Sequence record: MK962753.1
DNA: 64,000 bases
Direction: 5' to 3' (one strand)
Source: Shigella phage JK32
The notes under the pieces: model-generated
Told to the model about the DNA's origin: nothing
Database searches by the model: none
What the model saw: the letters and a program-made list of their open reading frames with translations, nothing else
Shown: piece after piece, positions 54,436-62,461 of the stretch
Layout of the letters: each line of letters begins with the position of its first letter
Position numbering within the stretch: position 1 is the stretch's first letter
Made by a program: the position numbers and the translations under genes

Positions 54436-54675
54436 ATGGTCTATAATATCGTCATTGGTGCTTTGTCTAGTTTCGGAATGAAATTATTGTCAAAGTTAAT
54501 TAGTGAAAAGATGCTCACTAAAATTTTCTTCTACTGCGCTCGTCGTCTTGCGGCGTATACCAATACGCCAATTGATGATCGTTTTGTGGAAGAACTTTAT
54601 AAGGAGTTTAATAAAGATCAATCAGAAGATAGCAACGAGCAAGATAAACCTAGTGATAGTCAACTACCTAAATAA
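54436..54675 (+). CDS. hypothetical small protein (79 aa) in the position of gene 38
   Basis: SD AAGGAGA; hydrophobic N-terminal segment, acidic C-terminus. Confidence 0.5.
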   Translation: MVYNIVIGALSSFGMKLLSKLISEKMLTKIFFYCARRLAAYTNTPIDDRFVEELYKEFNKDQSEDSNEQDKPSDSQLPK

Positions 54676-54708
54676 GAGTACACTGTCATAGTTATCTTAG
54701 GGCATTAT

Positions 54709-55365
54709 ATGCAAGTTTCTGAAAAAGAGAAAGACTTTGCTATCTCAAATGTCCTGCGCGCTATTTTCACAACTAAAAGCACGGAGTTGCTCGTACTTCG
54801 TGTTTTTGCTGCCGTCGTGTTGTCCATATTAGCATTTGTCGTTTATAGCAAAAACGAGTTATTTGCCTTGTATAAAGAGACTCGTTATGAGACTTATGCT
54901 CACGTTCTCCAGGTAGAGAAAGACCGCAATTTTGATAATGCAGCACAGGAGCAGTTACAGATAGTTCATGTGTCGGCTGATGCCGATTTTTCTGCTGTTT
55001 TTAGTTTTCGTCCGAAAAACCTAAACTATTTTGTTGATTTGGTGGCATATGAAGGAAAGCTGCCGCATACAATCGATGAAAAGAATTTAGGCGGATTCCC
55101 TATCAATAAAACGAGTGAAGAATATCGTAGGCATCTTTTAGGTAAATCATATTTTACCGATAAAGATTTCCAGTATATTCCATCGAGGGAGAAAAAATTA
55201 GAGACTATCGATATAGGGTTTATGTATTCTTGTCCTATATTCAATCTCGATAATGTCTATTCTGGTAGTATCGCCATTGCATGGAAGAATAAACCGGATA
55301 TTGACATTGAGAATTTAGATACTCTTTGCAATCAATCTGCCAGAATCCTCGGAAGGATTAGATAA
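54709..55365 (+). CDS. t: holin
   Basis: 218 aa; strong match to remembered T4 holin T (LQIVH.S.ADFSAV.SFRPKNLNYFVD..AYEGKLP, C-terminal ARILGR). Confidence 0.85.
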   Translation: MQVSEKEKDFAISNVLRAIFTTKSTELLVLRVFAAVVLSILAFVVYSKNELFALYKETRYETYAHVLQVEKDRNFDNAAQEQLQIVHVSADADFSAVFSFRPKNLNYFVDLVAYEGKLPHTIDEKNLGGFPINKTSEEYRRHLLGKSYFTDKDFQYIPSREKKLETIDIGFMYSCPIFNLDNVYSGSIAIAWKNKPDIDIENLDTLCNQSARILGRIR

Positions 55366-55370
55366 CTTAA

Positions 55371-55404
55371 AGGGGAAGCCTTTCGGCCTCCCCTTCTTTT
55401 TTAT
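55371..55404 (+). terminator. rho-independent terminator after t
   Basis: AGGGGAAGCCTTTCGGCCTCCCCT hairpin then TTCTTTTTTATT. Confidence 0.7.
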
Positions 55405-55649
55405 TGGCGCATAGAAGCCCCTGAATCACATTTTGACGCTGTATGATGAAAACAGGTAGCGTACCAGTCATCTGCTTGTTTGTCTTCGTCAGAAAACGCG
55501 TAATTTCGTTGTACGCCGTTTTCTACTTTGACCAGCGCAATAGCTGTTTCTGGAAGATCAATCAATCGGACAAAATCGCCATCTTCCCACTCTACACGAG
55601 CAATATCATAGCCCATCTCAAAGTATACAATCGCTTGTTCTAATTTCAT
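55401..55649 (-). CDS. hypothetical small protein (82 aa)
   Basis: ATGA coupling to upstream gene. Confidence 0.5.
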   Translation of the reverse strand: MKLEQAIVYFEMGYDIARVEWEDGDFVRLIDLPETAIALVKVENGVQRNYAFSDEDKQADDWYATCFHHTASKCDSGASMRQ

Positions 55650-55969
55650 TCTGGAAACTTCCCGTAAACATTCTCTGCCAGCTTACGTGCATCTTTTACA
55701 ATATCTTTCATGTAATGACTATAATTTTTAGCTAGATCAATGATGCAATCAACAAAGAAGTAATAGCGTCGCAGTGCTACCAGCTCAACATCTTCGAGAT
55801 GACCATTTTCTCCAATCGCTGAAATATGTTTAAATTCCTTTCGGATCGCGTCCATCGCTACATTAACTTCTTTTATAATATCTTTCGTATTATATGCACC
55901 TCGACTAATCAAAATTTTGGTTAGGTCTTCTGCTTTTTCGTGAAAGTTGTCAATTTCAAACTCGATCAT
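55646..55969 (-). CDS. hypothetical protein (107 aa), tandem paralog pair member 1
   Basis: ATG at 55969; C-terminus ARKLAENVYGKF parallels ARIMTENIFGRF of 56084..56416. Confidence 0.55.
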   Translation of the reverse strand: MIEFEIDNFHEKAEDLTKILISRGAYNTKDIIKEVNVAMDAIRKEFKHISAIGENGHLEDVELVALRRYYFFVDCIIDLAKNYSHYMKDIVKDARKLAENVYGKFPE

Positions 55970-56081
55970 AATCACCTCTCATAATTTCACGCTGTTGTGT
56001 CAACATTTTTTCGTGGTTTGCTAATTCTATACATTGTAATAGCATAACCAGTGCAATTTTCAATGATTCATCATCTTTCAT
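55956..56081 (-). CDS. possible 41-aa micro-ORF
   Basis: Hand-translated MKDDESLKIALVMLLQCIELANHEK...; starts 2 nt after stop of upstream gene; weak SD. Confidence 0.25.
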   Translation of the reverse strand: MKDDESLKIALVMLLQCIELANHEKMLTQQREIMRGDYDRV

Positions 56082-56083
56082 AA

Positions 56084-56416
56084 TCAAAATCTACCGAAAA
56101 TATTCTCTGTCATAATTCTTGCTTCGTCGATTATTTTCGTCATGTTCATGGTGTAGTTATGATCATTTAGTGCCTTAATGACAACGAGCAAGGAATCTAA
56201 AAACACTCGATAACGGGTATATTCTACGCTATTTGTGAATACCGATGTTTTCTCTACTTTATCGATCAGATAGCCTAAAACCGATAGCGCCTCGTTTACT
56301 TCCCTTGTTACTTTATCGGCGCTAAACAGCACCGGATAAAGACGCGGTGTGATTAACCGCGCTGCCTCTTTCAATTCGGTCGCTTTCCATGATTCATATT
56401 TGTCATAGTTAAACAT
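56084..56416 (-). CDS. hypothetical protein (110 aa), tandem paralog pair member 2
   Basis: SD AAGGA; see pair member 1. Confidence 0.55.
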   Translation of the reverse strand: MFNYDKYESWKATELKEAARLITPRLYPVLFSADKVTREVNEALSVLGYLIDKVEKTSVFTNSVEYTRYRVFLDSLLVVIKALNDHNYTMNMTKIIDEARIMTENIFGRF

Positions 56417-56428
56417 TGTATAATGTCC

Positions 56429-56761
56429 TTACAGATGAAAACCTGTTACAATTACCGCATCGATTGTACCGCTAGGAATAAACGGTTCGCCCTCTTTTAT
56501 TTCAACTTTGAATTGATGCCATTTTGCTAATACTTCTTCCGGTACACCCAGCGATTCGGCGTCTGCTTTAGTTTCATCCATAATCCAACTAGGCTGCATG
56601 AGAGCATAGTTTACATAGTCCATTTCTGGGGTCATGTCATCAATGTTAATATATTTGCAGTTGACTCGTTTCAGAATTTCAAATTCTTTATTGTCAACCT
56701 GTACCATGTATAATTCAGTAGTTTCTGGAATCAGTTCCCACACAATCAGTACATTTTTCAT
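56429..56761 (-). CDS. hypothetical protein (110 aa)
   Basis: SD GAGGTGA. Confidence 0.55.
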   Translation of the reverse strand: MKNVLIVWELIPETTELYMVQVDNKEFEILKRVNCKYINIDDMTPEMDYVNYALMQPSWIMDETKADAESLGVPEEVLAKWHQFKVEIKEGEPFIPSGTIDAVIVTGFHL

Positions 56762-56769
56762 AGTTCACC

Positions 56770-57138
56770 TCACTTAACAAAGATTTTCTTTAATGCTTTC
56801 AGGATCGTTGCCTCCGGCGCTTCTTCCGGTGGAGGAAGCAATTCTACCACTTCATCCTCCAACTCGATATAGTCTACCAGATATTCTACATAGAATGCAA
56901 GTGCTTCCATGAAATTAAATGCTACATCCGATTCACCACAAGCGCCTACATGCATTGTATAAACATCACTGCGATCAAGTTTGTGGATACTTCCTAGATA
57001 GTTTCTGTTATACCAGACTTCCCACACTTTCAGCTTTCCGGTTTTGGTTGCTGTTTTATAATCGGTTTCGTAGTTGTGCAATTGACGTTGCAGATCATTG
57101 ATAATAACACATTTTTCGTAATTGTTTTGAATTTCCAT
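56770..57138 (-). CDS. hypothetical protein (122 aa)
   Basis: SD GAGGA. Confidence 0.55.
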   Translation of the reverse strand: MEIQNNYEKCVIINDLQRQLHNYETDYKTATKTGKLKVWEVWYNRNYLGSIHKLDRSDVYTMHVGACGESDVAFNFMEALAFYVEYLVDYIELEDEVVELLPPPEEAPEATILKALKKIFVK

Positions 57139-57148
57139 GATGTAATCC

Positions 57149-57340
57149 TCACTTATCGTTAAGAAGTTCTAAAACTTTCTGTCGTACTTTGTCAATATTA
57201 GTTGATTCAAAAACTGTACGGTATCCCCAGCTTTGACCGTATGATCGCGAGCAATCCCCATATCCCCATTGTTCAACCTGATAGTATTCAAGGAATGGGT
57301 GTTGCCGAACTATGATACCATCACGATTAAAAATTACCAT
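57149..57340 (-). CDS. hypothetical small protein (63 aa)
   Basis: SD GAGGA. Confidence 0.5.
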   Translation of the reverse strand: MVIFNRDGIIVRQHPFLEYYQVEQWGYGDCSRSYGQSWGYRTVFESTNIDKVRQKVLELLNDK

Positions 57341-57363
57341 AATATAATCCTCAAGTCAACAAC

Positions 57364-57645
57364 TTATTTTCGGTTGTACTTCTGCCACTTTCGGTAATAC
57401 TGCTTGTAAACCTGTTTTGCGTTTTCACCATCTTTACTATACATGTTATCTACCATCAAGTCAATAAGACCTTCCGGTGTCTGGTAGTTCCCCGCTCGAA
57501 TAAGTTCTTTAATTAAAGTGTCCTGATGATCTTTGTATACTACGTTAATGATGGTCTTTTCTGCTTTCTTCGTCCCGATCATCCGGTGATTAGCTTTCAT
57601 CGCATCCCACCAATCTTTTGTGATCTTCATGTTATTGAATTGCAT
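57364..57645 (-). CDS. hypothetical basic protein (93 aa)
   Basis: SD AAGAGG. Confidence 0.55.
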   Translation of the reverse strand: MQFNNMKITKDWWDAMKANHRMIGTKKAEKTIINVVYKDHQDTLIKELIRAGNYQTPEGLIDLMVDNMYSKDGENAKQVYKQYYRKWQKYNRK

Positions 57646-57656
57646 AATTTAACCTC

Positions 57657-58415
57657 TTACTTGCACACGTATTGATCTACATCAATTGCGCCACCGAATG
57701 TAGGATGACGTTTTTCAAATCGAATAGTTCCGTCGTTTGGTTCGAAAACGGAGTATTCATATAGATCTTTCTTGCCAACATTCTTATAAAACCCGCCTTT
57801 AGTCATAACGGTTTCTTGTACGTTTGCTTTGTGTACGTTGTATTCGTCAATGTATACAAAATCAACCATCTTCCCATTTTTAATGGTTACTTTAAGATCT
57901 CCTGGTTGGTTTCCATATTTTGCATACAGTGGAGCTTCTTTAATTTTGGTGGAAATTCCATCTTTCATACTCCACTCATAACGAACGGTGCATTGATAGG
58001 TAAAAGTTTCGACCTTCGGTTCTTCCACCACTTTTTCTTCCTGTTTCGGTTGTTCTTCGTCAACCTTCACGGAAGTCTCTGAATCGCTTTCTGACGCGGT
58101 TTCTTCTTTAGGTAATACATTCATCAAGTTTTGGATTTGAGCGTTGTATACAGCCTCCAGTGGCTGAATCTGCCCGATATTGATCATTGTATCACGAACA
58201 GTTTTATTCCAGTTGCGTTGCTCTTGTTTCAGAGACGGATCAATCTTAACAGCCTTAACATATACTTCATGAAGTTTCGAATCCAGTGCGGAGATTGACT
58301 CATTAGCACAAATAAACTTCTCTGATTTGGTAGTGGCTTTAGCGCAATCAAAGGACGCAGCATTAGCACCGAAAGCAGTAGCGGAAAGAACGATAGCAGC
58401 GATAATGTTTTTCAT
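57657..58415 (-). CDS. secreted DUF1311-like (LprI/YecT N-terminal domain-like) protein
   Basis: 252 aa; signal peptide with AxA site; SFDCAKA ... FICANESISALD ... QRNW matches DUF1311 signature; SD GAGGAA. Confidence 0.65.
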   Translation of the reverse strand: MKNIIAAIVLSATAFGANAASFDCAKATTKSEKFICANESISALDSKLHEVYVKAVKIDPSLKQEQRNWNKTVRDTMINIGQIQPLEAVYNAQIQNLMNVLPKEETASESDSETSVKVDEEQPKQEEKVVEEPKVETFTYQCTVRYEWSMKDGISTKIKEAPLYAKYGNQPGDLKVTIKNGKMVDFVYIDEYNVHKANVQETVMTKGGFYKNVGKKDLYEYSVFEPNDGTIRFEKRHPTFGGAIDVDQYVCK

Positions 58416-58449
58416 AATATATTCCTCAGTGTTTTGTCTTGATTGGAGT

Positions 58450-58478
58450 ATCTTACTACTCCATTAATCTGGTGTCAA
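58450..58478 (-). promoter_or_regulatory. early promoter with inverted repeat around -10
   Basis: TTGACA, 17 nt, TAAGAT; GGAGTA ... TACTCC inverted repeat. Confidence 0.6.
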
Positions 58479-58485
58479 CTATTTT

Positions 58486-58641
58486 TTAAATTTCTTCTAC
58501 ACTAAAGTCTTCAATGTTGTTGTGCTCGGAGAACGTTGCCAGACCAGCATTCCATGCATCATCCTCAGAGAAGAATACACCGTAACGTTCATATCCTTTA
58601 GCGCCTTCAAATTTAATCATTAATTTGTGAGTATGTTTCAT
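58486..58641 (-). CDS. hypothetical small protein (51 aa)
   Basis: ATG at 58641 with SD GGAGAATC; track ORF extends upstream into the promoter. Confidence 0.45.
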   Translation of the reverse strand: MKHTHKLMIKFEGAKGYERYGVFFSEDDAWNAGLATFSEHNNIEDFSVEEI

Positions 58642-58672
58642 TTTGATTCTCCTTCGTTGTCTTGATGGGTTT

Positions 58673-58701
58673 AGTATAGGGGATCGCCGATCCCCTGTCA
58701 A
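58673..58701 (-). promoter_or_regulatory. early promoter with palindromic spacer
   Basis: TTGACA, spacer GGGGATCGGCGATCCCC, TATACT. Confidence 0.65.
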
Positions 58702-58712
58702 CAACTATTTTT

Positions 58713-58925
58713 TTAATTTTTACCCGCTCGTGCATTAATACGCATTTTCTGCATAGCCATGATCTGGCTTACTGCTTCTTCTTTACGTTCTTGCGTGATA
58801 ACGTGACCAGATTCCGCAAACTCTCCCGCAACTTCTTCTACGATCTCGCGAACTTGAGAACGTCCAAAGATGCGGTTTCCTTCGTAGCTCATAAACTCGG
58901 TTACTACTTGCTCGATAGATTTCAT
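58713..58925 (-). CDS. hypothetical small protein (70 aa)
   Basis: SD GGAGAATC. Confidence 0.55.
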   Translation of the reverse strand: MKSIEQVVTEFMSYEGNRIFGRSQVREIVEEVAGEFAESGHVITQERKEEAVSQIMAMQKMRINARAGKN

Positions 58926-58955
58926 GTGATTCTCCTTTCGTTTCGGTGTGGGAGT

Positions 58956-58984
58956 ATGTTAATACTCCCATTTCTTTACGTCAA
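58956..58984 (-). promoter_or_regulatory. early promoter with inverted repeat around -10
   Basis: TTGACG, 17 nt, TAACAT; GGGAGTAT ... ATACTCCC inverted repeat. Confidence 0.55.
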
Positions 58985-58987
58985 CAA

Positions 58988-59149
58988 CTATTTTAAATTA
59001 TTTTCGACCTTCATCCATTCCGCGTATTCTTGCGCGGCTACTTTCGGATTTAGTCCGTCTTCGTACATTGCTTCAAGTAATTCTTCGTCGGTGGGCTTAT
59101 ACCCTAGATAAGCCTCCACCTGATTTTTCCAAATTTTATACCAGTTCAT
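58988..59149 (-). CDS. hypothetical small protein (53 aa)
   Basis: ATG at 59149; SD GGTGA; coupled to upstream gene stop. Confidence 0.45.
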   Translation of the reverse strand: MNWYKIWKNQVEAYLGYKPTDEELLEAMYEDGLNPKVAAQEYAEWMKVENNLK

Positions 59150-59153
59150 ATTA

Positions 59154-59426
59154 TCACCAGTCAAGAGCGCGTGTCTCTGCGTCTTCCCATGCTTGGTCCA
59201 TAACAGCCTTGAAAACATATTCTAAAGTATCATCTTTAGAGAATCCGAAGACCTTAGACGGAATATCTTCAATTGCTACTCCAGCAACTTCTGCATTACG
59301 CGCTTGGCAATAATGCAACTCTAAGTTATCGAGATAGCGACCGCCTAATTTCTCCATATCATCCCAGCATTTCCAGTAACCTACTTTATCTGCAATTGCC
59401 AACACTTTGCTGTTTTTGTTGCTCAT
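59154..59426 (-). CDS. hypothetical protein (90 aa)
   Basis: ATG at ~59426 with SD GGAGAATC; track start is TTG. Confidence 0.55.
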   Translation of the reverse strand: MSNKNSKVLAIADKVGYWKCWDDMEKLGGRYLDNLELHYCQARNAEVAGVAIEDIPSKVFGFSKDDTLEYVFKAVMDQAWEDAETRALDW

Positions 59427-59455
59427 CTTTGATTCTCCTTTTGTTTGATATGGGA

Positions 59456-59484
59456 GTATATTACTACTCCCATTATTCACTGTC
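59456..59484 (-). promoter_or_regulatory. early promoter with inverted repeat around -10 (approximate coordinates)
   Basis: TTGACA, ~17 nt, TAATAT; GGGAGTA ... TACTCCC inverted repeat. Confidence 0.55.
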
Positions 59485-59492
59485 AATAGATT

Positions 59493-59699
59493 TTATTCGA
59501 TTATTTCAAATTTTGCTACCGGATCACCGTTTCGTTTGGTTGCAGTAAGTTTCTGTTTGTCAAAGTAAAACCAAATATAGTCACCATGAACTACATCAAA
59601 TGTGTTTCCGCTATTGTCCGTGAATACATCAACATCATAATCACACCCAACACTAAAGCTATAATTGATGTGATCGGTTTCAATGCAACGTACTTTCAT
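59493..59699 (-). CDS. hypothetical small protein (68 aa), MK-x2-C family
   Basis: ATG at 59699 with SD AGGAGATTC; resembles 31880..32101 (MKVRCIETD... versus MKFICTDS..., C-terminal VAKFE). Confidence 0.5.
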   Translation of the reverse strand: MKVRCIETDHINYSFSVGCDYDVDVFTDNSGNTFDVVHGDYIWFYFDKQKLTATKRNGDPVAKFEIIE

Positions 59700-59730
59700 T
59701 TTTGAATCTCCTTTTTGTTTCACTGTGTGT

Positions 59731-59759
59731 ATTATGCAATGCTGGATTATGGAAGTCAA
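59731..59759 (-). promoter_or_regulatory. early promoter
   Basis: TTGACT, 17 nt, CATAAT. Confidence 0.6.
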
Positions 59760-59772
59760 ACAACTTTTCAAA

Positions 59773-59799
59773 TAAAAAAGCCGACCACAAGGATCGGCT
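59773..59799 (-). terminator. rho-independent terminator
   Basis: AGCCGATCCTTGTGGTCGGCT hairpin then U6 on minus. Confidence 0.65.
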
Positions 59800-59809
59800 T
59801 AATAGTCAG

Positions 59810-60205
59810 TTACTTACTAAATTTCTTTTTGGCTTCGTCTACTGCATGAGATGCCAGCACCGCTGCCGCATGTGCACTTTTATCTGTGTTGCATAGAACA
59901 CCCAGATAAACATCACGCCAAAGTTTAATCATCTCGTAGATCATATCAATATCATTTTCTTGTTTGTTGGCGATGCTATTCGTCGTTATCTGGTAAGGCA
60001 ACGGCTTGATCTGTACTGGTTCCGCCATCGGGCTAATCGGTTTCGGATCGGTCATAATAGGTGCTGTTGTTGGTGATGTTTTCCATACGTCATTATTCCA
60101 CGGTTTAACGGTTGTACCGTATATTTTATAAGGATTTTTGTCTGGATTAACCATCCAGGCATGATGAGTACCCAAACCATTTGAAGTAATGCGTCGTTCA
60201 GTCAT
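59810..60205 (-). CDS. hypothetical protein (131 aa), Pro-rich
   Basis: SD GGAGGG; overlaps stop of upstream gene. Confidence 0.55.
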   Translation of the reverse strand: MTERRITSNGLGTHHAWMVNPDKNPYKIYGTTVKPWNNDVWKTSPTTAPIMTDPKPISPMAEPVQIKPLPYQITTNSIANKQENDIDMIYEMIKLWRDVYLGVLCNTDKSAHAAAVLASHAVDEAKKKFSK

Positions 60206-60401
60206 ACTTTCCCTCCAAAAATTCTTTCATCAAATAATCTATCGTTGCTCTGTGTTCTGGTGTGTTTGTTATCTCTGCTAACTTGTTCAGAGATTCAATA
60301 GTGATCCGGTTGGCTTCTTCCATAGTCTCAACGACCATTGGTACAATCTTTTCATTGTTGTACACGAAAGCCATATAACCACCTACGGGATATTCTTTCA
60401 T
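60198..60401 (-). CDS. hypothetical small protein (67 aa)
   Basis: ATG at 60401, 2 nt after gp52 stop. Confidence 0.5.
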   Translation of the reverse strand: MKEYPVGGYMAFVYNNEKIVPMVVETMEEANRITIESLNKLAEITNTPEHRATIDYLMKEFLEGKYD

Positions 60402-60403
60402 AA

Positions 60404-61750
60404 TCAACCCTTCTTAAGTTCTTTAAGATCTTTCTTATATTCCTTCATTGCGGTCGTCTTTGTCCAATACTCATATTCACTATGATGTTTATCGGCATCT
60501 TTGACCAGTCGATCATACTCTTCTTGGGTAACGCTGTACAATGGCATAGAAACGAGCTTATCGGCGTATGGACGCAGTTTTTCATGTCCATTGATGGATT
60601 GCATTACCTCGACCTTTTTCTTGCCCTGTAGCTCGATTTCGCCCTTAATTACGCGATCGATAAATTCAGCTTTAGCCATTGCATAATTGTATGCTTCCAG
60701 TGTTTCCGCTTGCATCAATTCAATGCGTTTATCGACATACCCTAATCGGATTTCGACGAATCGACGGATCAGATCGCTCGCTTTCTCGAATACTTCTACT
60801 AAACCACGTTCATTAACCACTACGATATTCTGGGCTACTAACTGCGTTAGTTTAAAATCCTTCATGATTTGCTCATGTCGAGCGGATTCATCTTCGCTTT
60901 TGAAATAATCGCGTTTCAGTGTTACTTCAAATCTGAATCCGTCCTTAGAGCAACGGTCATTATATGAGACAATCAGATCTTTTTCTTCCAGTGCATCCAG
61001 TACCGCTACATATTCTTCACGGTCGAACTTATAAGGAACTTCTGATATTGTCAGTTTAGTCTTGCCGTTTAGTTCATATGTACCCTCAAGAATCACACCA
61101 TCGCGATCATCTCGCGGGATAACTTTACCAGTGAATTTCGGGAATTGAACATTAGGTTCTTTATCCAGTTTTCCGGCAAGTGCTAGCTCTGTGCATTCAA
61201 TGAGGCTTTCCAGTGAATGCGGTAAAATGTCAGTTTTATACCCTGTAGCAATACCACTAATACCATTAGCCAATACCATTGGCACAACTGGCAAGTAGAA
61301 CGCTGGCGGGATGTGTTCCAGGTCTTCGTGCTTAGGTGCGCAATTCATATCTTTATAGATTTTAAAGAAGTTTTCATGCACACGAGCAAAGATATAACGT
61401 GCCGCACCTGCTTTCTGGACTAAACGCGATCCGAAGTTACCTTGACCGTCAAGCAGTGGAGTATTATTGCTCCATGTATTCGCCATGAGTGATCCAGCTT
61501 CTACGGCATTGGTTTCCCCGTGGTGATACCCCAACTCAGCAACACCAGATCCAATATCTGCCATCTTACGGAATTTCTTACGGTCGCCTTTACTCTTTTG
61601 AAGTGCGCACTCCATAACAAAGCGTTGTACTGGTTTAAGACCATCGACTAATTGAGGAATCCCGCGTTCCTCGGCAGAATAGATCGCATATTCCTTAGCT
61701 TCATTATGTACAATGCTTTCAAGGCTGCGGTAAGTAACTGATTTATTCAT
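60404..61750 (-). CDS. 52: DNA topoisomerase II medium subunit gp52
   Basis: Strong match to remembered T4 gp52 (KPVQRFV, LLDGQGNFGSR, AARYIFARV, EHIPPAFYLP); ATG at 61750 with SD GAGGTGA. Confidence 0.9.
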   Translation of the reverse strand: MNKSVTYRSLESIVHNEAKEYAIYSAEERGIPQLVDGLKPVQRFVMECALQKSKGDRKKFRKMADIGSGVAELGYHHGETNAVEAGSLMANTWSNNTPLLDGQGNFGSRLVQKAGAARYIFARVHENFFKIYKDMNCAPKHEDLEHIPPAFYLPVVPMVLANGISGIATGYKTDILPHSLESLIECTELALAGKLDKEPNVQFPKFTGKVIPRDDRDGVILEGTYELNGKTKLTISEVPYKFDREEYVAVLDALEEKDLIVSYNDRCSKDGFRFEVTLKRDYFKSEDESARHEQIMKDFKLTQLVAQNIVVVNERGLVEVFEKASDLIRRFVEIRLGYVDKRIELMQAETLEAYNYAMAKAEFIDRVIKGEIELQGKKKVEVMQSINGHEKLRPYADKLVSMPLYSVTQEEYDRLVKDADKHHSEYEYWTKTTAMKEYKKDLKELKKG

Positions 61751-61757
61751 CTTCACC

Positions 61758-62120
61758 TCATACACGCTTACAAATCACATTCTTTACTTTATCAGATTTA
61801 TCAGCCCAATCCAATAGCCATTTTAACGGAAGGATTGAAACAATAAACGGGGCAGCAATCAAAGCAAACATCATACACCGGATAATCAAGAAAACGCAAG
61901 TAACAAAGCTAGCGATAGTGATCCCGACAAAACAAAATACCATAGAAAACAGAGTAATGATATAGAAAGGCCAGAATACCCACTCCCGCATCTTAACACC
62001 TTTGTATTCCCTGAATTGCTTAAAATCTACAAACAACTCTCGGATAGACGCATACAGGACCGAAAAATCATCTTTCATTGCTCGAAATGAGCAATCTTCT
62101 ATTTTAGAATGACCTAGCAT
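61758..62120 (-). CDS. hypothetical membrane protein (120 aa)
   Basis: Two long hydrophobic segments. Confidence 0.55.
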   Translation of the reverse strand: MLGHSKIEDCSFRAMKDDFSVLYASIRELFVDFKQFREYKGVKMREWVFWPFYIITLFSMVFCFVGITIASFVTCVFLIIRCMMFALIAAPFIVSILPLKWLLDWADKSDKVKNVICKRV

Positions 62121-62122
62121 TA

Positions 62123-62416
62123 TTAACCGCCTTTAACCATTGATACCGGAATTGTTTTCTGATTTGTGTATAAGTGGCCTACTTCAAATTTTTCCTGAAT
62201 CACCACAACGTTACAATATCCACTGTCTTTAAGTTTTCTGATAATGTCTCGCTTTTGTTCGTCGGTGATAGGATTGACGGTTCTCACCAATTCACCGCAA
62301 ATAATAGCACCATCTTTACAATTACCAGTAACTTTCATGCTACGACCGTGAACAACAACCACATCACCGTAAATCACATTTTCGTCGTCGTATTTGGTAA
62401 TAATCGTGACCGTCAT
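62123..62416 (-). CDS. hypothetical protein (97 aa)
   Basis: SD AGAGGGAA. Confidence 0.55.
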   Translation of the reverse strand: MTVTIITKYDDENVIYGDVVVVHGRSMKVTGNCKDGAIICGELVRTVNPITDEQKRDIIRKLKDSGYCNVVVIQEKFEVGHLYTNQKTIPVSMVKGG

Positions 62417-62430
62417 AATGTATTCCCTCT

Positions 62431-62454
62431 AAGAAAGGCCGCGCAAAGCGGCCT
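62431..62454 (-). terminator. possible weak terminator hairpin
   Basis: AGGCCGCTTTGCGCGGCCT hairpin, poor U-run. Confidence 0.3.
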
Positions 62455-62461
62455 ATGTTTA

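Noticed and set aside
57340-57363. TTGACT box just upstream of ORF 57149..57340 as another early promoter
   Set aside because: A -10 at the required spacing would fall inside the SD and start codon and does not match the conserved -10 forms; probably a degenerate cassette remnant.
17181-59759. CRISPR-like array, suggested by the repeated GGGGATC...GATCCCC elements
   Set aside because: Repeats are irregularly spaced (hundreds to thousands of bp), always embedded in promoter geometry, and separated by coding genes rather than short spacers.
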